Assembly (NCBI GenBank): GCA_035574235.1
Contig: DATLZA010000060.1
Location: forward strand, 2,231-66,230
Direction: 5' to 3'
From: Planctomycetota bacterium
GTDB taxonomy: Bacteria; Planctomycetota; MHYJ01; JACPRB01
DNA length: 64,000 bases
The notes under the pieces are model-generated. The model was not told where the DNA came from, ran no database searches, and was given only the letters and a program-made list of their open reading frames with translations. Positions 1-5,875 of the stretch are shown piece after piece. The position numbers and the translations under genes were made by a program. Numbering within the stretch: position 1 is the first letter of the stretch; each line of letters opens with the position of its first letter.

Positions 1-71
1 GGCAGGTTCCCGGGAAAATGAGTCTCCCTACCAGGAATCTAGCATGCTTTAGGGCACCTATCAACTTCGGG

Positions 72-395
72 TTATCGGAGCTGAGCGAGGTCCATGCCTT
101 CGATCGAACGCGGATCTCGAAGCACGACCGCGCCCCCGCTACGCGGGGCGGCACCGTGCCGATTCGAACCACCTCACTCCACCCGGCACGGGTGGCGTGC
201 GTCCCCGAAGGGGTTCGCCGAGCAAGCCCGGGAAGCTTGCCCAGGAGCAGCTTAACATACCGATCAGGGAGATCGGGCGGGGCTTCGGTCGCCGTCAGGC
301 GATCGCGCGTGTCCACCGCGCCCGGTCGTCGCGACGGCAGGTACAGCAAGGAAAGGGCTCCGCCAACCGATTGAGACGGCCCTGCGGAGTACTGC
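72..395. repeat. Copy A of a diverged ~325-nt direct repeat; candidate structured ncRNA or element of unknown family
   Basis: Aligns collinearly with 4172-4497. Long identical blocks include cgcggggcggcaccgtgccgatt and ccccgaaggggttcgccgagcaag. Hairpins are conserved: CCCCGC-TAC-GCGGGG at 134-148, CCCC-GAA-GGGG at 203-213, CCGATC-AGGGA-GATCGG at 260-276. The ORFs over it (18-374, 197-415) are Arg-rich, and similarity to copy B switches reading frame, so it is not coding. Strand undetermined. Confidence 0.8.
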
Positions 396-438
396 CCATC
401 CCCTCATATGGATGATCGTAATCACCTTCCGCGGATTT

Positions 439-684
439 CTATCCGTAAGTGTCGCCAATTAACTTAAGGGCAACGTTACAGTTCGGGCAACGGGCTTTGA
501 CGAATTGCTCAATCTCGTTTCCCCAGAGGAGACTAATTGCGCTCAAGCCCAGAGCCACGAGTGGATTGGACAGTCGGATACCGAAAAGAATCGCCACAAC
601 GACGCCGAGGCCCTTCACCGTACCTGTGGCTGTTACGTCGTACACCAACCGACACGCCTCACATCGAGCATATGCCTTCGCCAT
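439..684 (-). CDS. 81-aa membrane protein: N- and C-terminal CxxC pairs (zinc-ribbon-like) flanking two hydrophobic helices; last gene of the Ubl operon
   Basis: ORF MAKAYARCEACRL...ARCPNCNVALKLIGDTYG. CEAC and CPNC motifs sit at the two ends. Two hydrophobic stretches: GLGVVVAILFGI and LVALGLSAISLLW. Same strand as the E1 gene and 61 nt downstream of it. No family recognised. Confidence 0.6.
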   Translation of the reverse strand: MAKAYARCEACRLVYDVTATGTVKGLGVVVAILFGIRLSNPLVALGLSAISLLWGNEIEQFVKARCPNCNVALKLIGDTYG

Positions 685-745
685 AAGATCACCCTTTCAA
701 TCGTTACGGCTGGAATTCCATTCGCTTGGCCGACGACGAGGGAGC

Positions 746-2221
746 TCAGCCCATAGGCTTCTCCTTTCGCCTCGCACGTTTGCCGTTGCGCGAATGCTGC
801 TGATTTCGGCCGCGGCGTGCCTTCTCCGCCGCCGTATGGCAAATGACCGTCCCCGGATGCCCTCCGGCCTCGCCCAGACCTACCAGTTGGCCAAGAGCAC
901 AGTCGGATCGACAACTGCCGTGATCAAGATCAACATGGCCAGTAACGAAGTGATAATTCTGGCCACCGGGATTTCCTATTCCGCTCGGGGCGACGACCAA
1001 CGATAGAAACTGCAGAATCTCTAGAGACGCGGTTGCAACGCTAAAGGCGAAGACGTTCTGTCGGCTTTTCACCGGATGGTCGCTCGGAAGCGATTGGATG
1101 TACGTCGGATCCTCAAAATGTCCCTCGCGTTCGGCCTGCACCAGGCCTGCATCGTACTGCGCGAGACACTCTAAACAGCGCCTGCCGACTGTGGCGATGT
1201 GAGCCTTCCAATCCGCCCCGCGCATCCTCCCGCTCGGTTTTCGGGAGACATAAATCCCCCCATCTACCACTGGGATCAGATGCGCGTACGCGATGAAGTT
1301 TAGGACGCTTCGCGGCCAAGGCCGATCGACACAGCTGAAAAGAACGTCGCAGTCGAGAGCGATCCTGTAACCATCGTCCTCGCAAACGCTCAGTTCGTGC
1401 TCATTCGCCTCGAACTCTTCAATAACTGCGCTCTTTCGGATCGCTTCCGCCGAAATCGAAACTTTAGAGCGATGAGCCTCGGCGTCCATCGGATATGCGT
1501 GCAGCGTGCGGTCGAGGTTGAACCGCTCAATGGACTCGAAGTCGATCAACTCGATCCTGCTAATTCCGGAGCGTGCCAATGTTTCAGCGATAATGCTTCC
1601 CACACTCCCCAACCCCACGATACCTACACGGATGCGGCTAATGATTCCCTGGGTTGCCGGGCCCCAAGCAGAAATTGTCCTATCGAGCTGCTGCCCGAAC
1701 TTCGGCGTTGGAAGCAGATGTTCGGCGAGTGTGATAGCAAGTCTGTCGCCAATGACCCGAACGCTCTCACACCAACTATGGATATAGGTTCGCCGCCCGG
1801 TGCGATTCCAGAAGCGCGCACTCCAGGCACCATCGAGCGCGCCGAGGGTAAGCCCAAGCAGGGGGAGTCCCGTGGCCGAAAGAACCGCCGGTGCCATCCC
1901 CTTTTCGGCTTCCACATCAGGGCGGCTCATATTTTGCCAACCCTGCCAGGGATGACTATGCATGAACGCAAGACCCCCACCCGCCTTCAGCGCCGCGGAA
2001 AGTGCCCTTTCGAAAAATCCCGGATGGAATTCGGCATTCCCATGTACGGACCTATCACCTTCCTCAGGAAGAACGACTGAATGAAGAAGAGCTGTAATGC
2101 GCCGCTTACCGCGGCTGGGGTACCAAATTCCGAAGCAGAGATCCTCCTGGCCGTCTGACCGCGCCAAATGGGCGATGGCGGCCTCGTGCACCGCTTCCGT
2201 CAACGCCGTGCTATACCTCAT
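746..2221 (-). CDS. JAB/JAMM metallopeptidase - ThiF/MoeB-type E1 (ubiquitin-activating-like) fusion protein
   Basis: N-terminal part has a JAMM-like motif, FMHSHPWQGWQNMSRPD. Central part has a Rossmann glycine loop (VGIVGLGSVGSIIAETLARSG) and paired Cys motifs (CLEC ... CRSDC) typical of ThiF/MoeB/E1 folds. Start placed at the internal ATG at 2221, which overlaps the E2 stop by 1 nt (TGATG). The longer ORF to 2320 would overlap the E2 gene by 100 nt. Confidence 0.8.
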   Translation of the reverse strand: MRYSTALTEAVHEAAIAHLARSDGQEDLCFGIWYPSRGKRRITALLHSVVLPEEGDRSVHGNAEFHPGFFERALSAALKAGGGLAFMHSHPWQGWQNMSRPDVEAEKGMAPAVLSATGLPLLGLTLGALDGAWSARFWNRTGRRTYIHSWCESVRVIGDRLAITLAEHLLPTPKFGQQLDRTISAWGPATQGIISRIRVGIVGLGSVGSIIAETLARSGISRIELIDFESIERFNLDRTLHAYPMDAEAHRSKVSISAEAIRKSAVIEEFEANEHELSVCEDDGYRIALDCDVLFSCVDRPWPRSVLNFIAYAHLIPVVDGGIYVSRKPSGRMRGADWKAHIATVGRRCLECLAQYDAGLVQAEREGHFEDPTYIQSLPSDHPVKSRQNVFAFSVATASLEILQFLSLVVAPSGIGNPGGQNYHFVTGHVDLDHGSCRSDCALGQLVGLGEAGGHPGTVICHTAAEKARRGRNQQHSRNGKRARRKEKPMG

Positions 2222-2583
2222 CACATCGTCGCAAAGAGGTGATTGATAAACGCAAGGTACGCCTTTACAGTCCGACCGTCTTTGCCCCAGTTGGTGTACG
2301 GTCGGCTCAGATACTGCCAATCGGAACCAAAATCACTTGCGGCCACCCGACCCGGGTGGGAATCCGCGCTGGGGTTAAGCGGAAAAAGGCAAGGTGAAAG
2401 ATGTGGCCCGCTCGGCGGAATCCTTGGGAATTCGGGAGGCGCCACGAAGCCGAGAAAGATCTCCGTCCCGATAAACCGGCCGGCCATCACGATATAGCGA
2501 AAGACAGTACGCGCATCGCGCCTTTCCTCGGGCTTGTACCCAAGGAGACGGAGCTCTGTCTCGAACTGCTCCCGGCCTTCCAC
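2221..2583 (-). CDS. Small E2 (UBC-like) protein, prokaryotic E2 family-E-like
   Basis: 120 aa with a single cysteine in the context PPSGPHLSPCLFPLNP. Sits between the Ubl and the JAB-E1 fusion, which is the published multiubiquitin / Prok-E2 / JAB-E1 neighbourhood. GTG start overlaps the Ubl stop by 1 nt (TAGTG). Family call rests on motif and context, not on an HMM run. Confidence 0.6.
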   Translation of the reverse strand: MEGREQFETELRLLGYKPEERRDARTVFRYIVMAGRFIGTEIFLGFVAPPEFPRIPPSGPHLSPCLFPLNPSADSHPGRVAASDFGSDWQYLSRPYTNWGKDGRTVKAYLAFINHLFATM

Positions 2584-2840
2584 TAGGACACCGGTACAGG
2601 ACCGATGAAGGCCGTAATGAATTTCTGCTTCTCGTGGATTTGAATGGGCTCGTCCATCTTGTCTTTGTAGGAGGTCTGATCTTTGCCCCGAATCTCGATG
2701 AGATACCTCTGCTCAGGGTCGAGTCCGGCGTTCTTGACGATTTGGCGAGGCGTCAACTGGTGGGATGAAGTCTCCTGCGGCTCACCGTCCACCGTGTAGT
2801 CGAACACGACCCCCTGCCCCTTCTCGTTCGCACTGGACAT
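2583..2840 (-). CDS. Ubiquitin-like protein, multiubiquitin-domain type (single domain)
   Basis: Sequence VVFDYTVDGEPQETSSHQLTPRQIVKNAGLDPEQRYLIEI...IQIHEKQKFITAF fits the multiubiquitin beta-grasp pattern. First gene of the operon. ATG at 2840 is preceded by GGAGGA (2848-2853); the ORF-track ATG at 2855 is the alternative. C-terminus is PVPVS, with no Gly-Gly. Confidence 0.65.
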   Translation of the reverse strand: MSSANEKGQGVVFDYTVDGEPQETSSHQLTPRQIVKNAGLDPEQRYLIEIRGKDQTSYKDKMDEPIQIHEKQKFITAFIGPVPVS

Positions 2841-2858
2841 ATTCGAATCCTCCATACT

Positions 2859-2919
2859 GTTGTAATTCTACAACAACACCTGGAGGCCTGTCAAGGAGCC
2901 GTTGTATTTTTTCTACAAC
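2859..2919. promoter_or_regulatory. Two palindromic operator-like sites sharing GTTGTA/TACAAC half-sites in the divergent intergenic region
   Basis: GTTGTA-ATTC-TACAAC at 2859-2874 and GTTGTA-TTTTTTC-TACAAC at 2901-2919. A third TACAAC half-site lies at 2994-2999, with an imperfect left half at 2979-2984. Confidence 0.7.
2865..2894 (-). promoter_or_regulatory. Sigma70-like promoter of the Ubl-E2-JAB/E1 operon
   Basis: Minus strand reads TTGACA (plus 2889-2894), then an 18-nt spacer, then TAGAAT (plus 2865-2870). The -10 lies inside the 2859-2874 palindrome. Confidence 0.55.
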
Positions 2920-2959
2920 GCCCGGAAGTGCCGATTGGCGCTATTTTTTCGAATAACGC

Positions 2960-2987
2960 TTGCCTTTTTGTCGGCTCAGTGTAGTAT
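2960..2987 (+). promoter_or_regulatory. Sigma70-like promoter of the HTH/ImmA regulator pair
   Basis: TTGCCT (2960-2965), 16-nt spacer, TAGTAT (2982-2987). The TACAAC half-site at 2994-2999 is at the predicted transcription start. Confidence 0.45.
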
Positions 2988-3036
2988 CTTGAATACAACA
3001 CTTCTCCCCAACGTTATCGGGATAGAGGACTAGCCT

Positions 3037-3411
3037 ATGGCAAAAACTGGTAAGTTTGGGGCCTTCTTCAAGGAATGCCGAATTGCCTTGGGCATCACCC
3101 TGCGGGAATTTTGCGAGAAGCACGGCCTGGACCCGGGGAATCTGAGCAAGCTGGAAAGGGGTCTACTGCCGCCTCCGCAATCGCGCGAGAAGCTCGAGGA
3201 ATATGCCGCGGCACTTCAACTGAAGAAGGGCAGCACCCAATGGCGCGACTTCTTCGATTTCGCCTTCGTGGAACAGGGCCGAATCCCGGACCATGTAATG
3301 GCGAAAGAGGAGTTGGTGAAGCGACTTCCGGTCCTATTCCGCACCATGGCTGGGAAGCGGGCTACGCCCAAGCAGCTTGACAAGCTCGTCAAGATGCTTC
3401 AGGATCCGTAA
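3037..3411 (+). CDS. XRE-family helix-turn-helix transcriptional regulator (CapH-like)
   Basis: N-terminal FKECRIALGITLREFCEKHGLDPGNLSKLERG matches the HTH_3/XRE pattern. Divergent from the Ubl operon and immediately upstream of an ImmA-like peptidase. Confidence 0.8.
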   Translation: MAKTGKFGAFFKECRIALGITLREFCEKHGLDPGNLSKLERGLLPPPQSREKLEEYAAALQLKKGSTQWRDFFDFAFVEQGRIPDHVMAKEELVKRLPVLFRTMAGKRATPKQLDKLVKMLQDP

Positions 3412-3440
3412 CGCGCCATTTGGCGGAGAGAGGGAGGGGT

Positions 3441-4067
3441 ATGGGGAAACTCCCCGTACCGGTGCTGTCCTACAACGCAATCGCGCGGGAAGCCAATAAC
3501 TTCCTGCGCCAGCACCACCCTTCAGGCTCCATCCCTATCCCCATTGAAGAGATCATCGACCTCAAATTAAAGCTCGATATCTTTCCGATGCCGGGACTGC
3601 TCAAATCGATCGACATTGACGGGTTTACGACCTCGGATCTGAAGTGCATCTGCGTCGACGAATTCGTCTACTCCAGCCGGCCCACCCGCTATCGGTTTAC
3701 GCTGGCGCATGAGTTGGGCCACATCATCCTGCACCAGAAGATCTTCGAACTCGCCAAATTCCGCACCGTGGCAGAATGGAAACGGTTCTACAAGAACATT
3801 CCGGAGGAAGATAGAGGCTGGCTGGAGTACCAAGCCTACGCCTTTGGTGGCTTGGTACTCGTTCCATCGGCCGCTCTTGGCCCAGAATTCGAGAAGTGCG
3901 TGGCGACTGTGAAGCGAAAGGGCGGGGCTCTACTGAAGGATGCAGAGGTCACCCAATACTTTGTCGAGGACTGTCTTGCCGATGTGTTCCAGGTATCTCG
4001 CGAAGTCATCTCCAAGCGCCTCGTCAAAGACGGGCTGGATCGCCAAATTCCAGGCGCGAGGAAGTAG
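3441..4067 (+). CDS. ImmA/IrrE-family zinc metallopeptidase (CapP-like)
   Basis: HEXXH motif HELGHIILH, followed by EYQAYAFGGLVLVP as in ImmA/IrrE. ATG at 3441 is preceded by GAGAGAGGGAGGGG. The ORF-track start at 3420 is a TTG. Confidence 0.8.
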   Translation: MGKLPVPVLSYNAIAREANNFLRQHHPSGSIPIPIEEIIDLKLKLDIFPMPGLLKSIDIDGFTTSDLKCICVDEFVYSSRPTRYRFTLAHELGHIILHQKIFELAKFRTVAEWKRFYKNIPEEDRGWLEYQAYAFGGLVLVPSAALGPEFEKCVATVKRKGGALLKDAEVTQYFVEDCLADVFQVSREVISKRLVKDGLDRQIPGARK

Positions 4068-4171
4068 CAAGGAGATCGGACCAGCCCCCCGCCCCTCCTT
4101 TAGAAGGGACTGTCAACACTGAACTTGCCGTTTGGAACTCGTGACGGGTGGAGGTGGCTTGCGACAGCGTC

Positions 4172-4497
4172 GGACAATCGGAGGTGAGCGAGGTTCGTGC
4201 CGTCGATAGAGCGTGGCTCCCGGAGGAACTCCGCGCCCCCGCGACGCGGGGCGGCACCGTGCCGATTTCGCCAACCGCATGCCACCCGGCACGAGTGGCA
4301 TCCCTCCCCGAAGGGGTTCGCCGAGCAAGGCCGGGGTGCTTGCCCAGGAGGAGCCTACCACCCCGACAAGGAGTCGGGCAGGGCTTTGGCCGCCCGAGGG
4401 CAGCCGCGCGTGTCCGCCGCGCGCGGTCATCGCGACCGCAGGTACTGCAAGGGAAAGGGGCTCCGCGGACCGGTCGAGACGGCCCTCCAGAGTACGA
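4172..4497. repeat. Copy B of the diverged ~325-nt direct repeat; candidate structured ncRNA or element
   Basis: Collinear with 72-395. Hairpins are retained with compensatory changes: CCCGAC-AAGGA-GTCGGG at 4362-4378 versus CCGATC-AGGGA-GATCGG in copy A, and ATGCCAC...GTGGCAT at 4279-4301 versus ACTCCAC...GTGGCGT at 176-198. Confidence 0.8.
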
Positions 4498-4581
4498 CAG
4501 GAATAGCTTTCTCGGTCTCGTCAATCTGCACGGATTGCCGTAACAGGCGGTTTATCGCGTTTTACGGCCTCCAGCGGCCGG

Positions 4582-4630
4582 GGCGCGGCGCGTCAGTGTT
4601 GACGGAGCGCCAACACTAACGCGCCGCGCC
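4582..4630. repeat. Long near-perfect inverted repeat (20-bp arms, 9-nt loop)
   Basis: ggcgcggcgcgtcagtgttg-acggagcgc-caacactaacgcgccgcgcc, with 19 of 20 arm positions complementary. No U-tract follows on either strand, so it is not a classical intrinsic terminator. Confidence 0.85.
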
Positions 4631-4874
4631 GACGACCGACGCGGCGGGCACCACGCGCTTCCGTCACCGGAGCCTTCGCCACCGTACCCTTGGCTCGCGA
4701 ACACGTTCGCGGGTGGTCCGAGGTCACGATGGCAAGCCGGATTATCGGGTGCGGCAACGGGGCTGGGGGATGGGTTTGGTGGAGGGTGGCGTTCGGGCCA
4801 TTCGTCCATCCTGCGGGCAAGACGGGCGAGCGGCCCGGCCCCGGCACCTGCGCCGGGGCCAGACCCTCGTTGAG

Positions 4875-5393
4875 CTACTGACCGTTGTTCCGCCAGATGC
4901 CAGTGTCCTTCTCGGCTTCGCTGACCATCGTCTGGAATCGCCGCCAAGCGGCACGACCGTCGCCGAAGCGGACGAGTTCCTGGAGCTGGCGCTCCGTGAA
5001 GTACCGGAGGTACTGCGGCTCGTGGTGCTGCCGAAGGAAAGCCTTGATCGGCTCAGGCAGCTCCAGGAGCTTGATGTATCGCCCCACCCGGTTGACCGGC
5101 TCCCCGAGGAGGAGAGAAAGGCCCCGGAAACTACGCATCCGGCGCTCCTTCATCTCCCGGGCGTAGAACTCGGCCCGTTCCAGGGGGGTCTTCTGGCGCT
5201 TGAGGACGGTCTGGTACTGCTTCCAGACCTTCTTGTCGATGCTGCCCAACCCCTTGAGGACACCGGGTTTGGGCCCGACGACGAACTCCTTGCGCCGGTC
5301 GACCGACCGGCTATAGTAGGGCGTGATGTCCCGGAGGGGACGGCCCTCCGACAGGGGAGGTTGTTTCGTCGGGAGTAGCCGAAGGCCCACCAT
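4875..5393 (-). CDS. Hypothetical protein with a ParB/KorB-like HTH segment
   Basis: 172 aa with balanced, Lys-containing composition, unlike the surrounding Arg-rich spurious ORFs. The segment VGRYIKLLELPEPIKAFLRQH resembles the ParB-family HTH region. The N-terminal ParB domain is not evident. Confidence 0.5.
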   Translation of the reverse strand: MVGLRLLPTKQPPLSEGRPLRDITPYYSRSVDRRKEFVVGPKPGVLKGLGSIDKKVWKQYQTVLKRQKTPLERAEFYAREMKERRMRSFRGLSLLLGEPVNRVGRYIKLLELPEPIKAFLRQHHEPQYLRYFTERQLQELVRFGDGRAAWRRFQTMVSEAEKDTGIWRNNGQ

Positions 5394-5458
5394 CCCGACC
5401 CCGCCGGGCGCTTCCGGACGATCTTCCGGCAGATGGCTCGGATCTCGTTCCCGGCGTC

Positions 5459-5704
5459 ATGGCCGGGCGGCGCGGAGCGCGGCCGGCGATCCTCTCCGCG
5501 CGGGGGTCTCTCGGAAAGGCGGAATTCCTGGAGCTCAAAGACGCTCTCGGGTTCGCCCAGGGCGACCTGAGCGTCCACGCCCGGAAGCTCGAGGATGACG
5601 GCTCTCTCGCCGTCGTCAAGGACTTCGTCGGACGCATGCTCCGCACCACGTTCAAGATCAACCCGGGGGGCGGCAGGCGCTCGTCCGCCATATCCGTCCG
5701 CTGA
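5459..5704 (+). CDS. Short winged-helix transcriptional regulator-like protein (HTH_34-like), possibly degenerate
   Basis: FLELKDALGFAQGDLSVHARKLEDDGSLAVVKDFVGRMLRTTFKIN follows the winged-helix pattern (L..L...l.lt.GnLs.Hl.kLe..Gyv...k.f.gr..rT). Start uncertain; short and atypical at both ends. Confidence 0.4.
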   Translation: MAGRRGARPAILSARGSLGKAEFLELKDALGFAQGDLSVHARKLEDDGSLAVVKDFVGRMLRTTFKINPGGGRRSSAISVR

Positions 5705-5875
5705 AGAAAATCATGGGAGCGCGGCGGTCTCCCTCCGAGGAGGCGTTCGACAGGCCGCGGGAGATCCTTCGCTGAGATCACGGTTCACGGTGCCCCTGCG
5801 GCCCCCGCGGGCCGGTTCAAGCGGCCACGCAGGGTAAGCCCCACGTCCCCGAACCCCGCCCCAAGGACGCCCCCG

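Noticed and set aside
18-374. ORFs 18-374, 197-415 and 4148-4543 covering the two structured repeats, considered as a duplicated small protein.
   Set aside because: Similarity between the copies jumps from one reading frame to another after an indel. The translated sequences are Arg-rich low-complexity. The substitutions preserve base-pairing rather than codons.
72-395. Assignment of the repeat to a known RNA family: tmRNA (including permuted), RNase P RNA, cobalamin or FMN riboswitch, group II intron domain V, or a DGR TR/VR pair.
   Set aside because: - The minus-strand GGTTCGAATC at 161-170 has no complementary 5-bp T-stem and is not conserved in copy B.
- No GGAAAGUCC / ACAGAACCCGGC pair, as in RNase P.
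- No B12-box or GGGAA/GGUG..AAUCC core in the right order.
- A possible GCA-GCT-TAA tag end in copy A is absent in copy B.
- Differences between the copies are not adenine-specific, as they would be for a DGR.

All comparisons were from memory only, so an Rfam scan is still needed.
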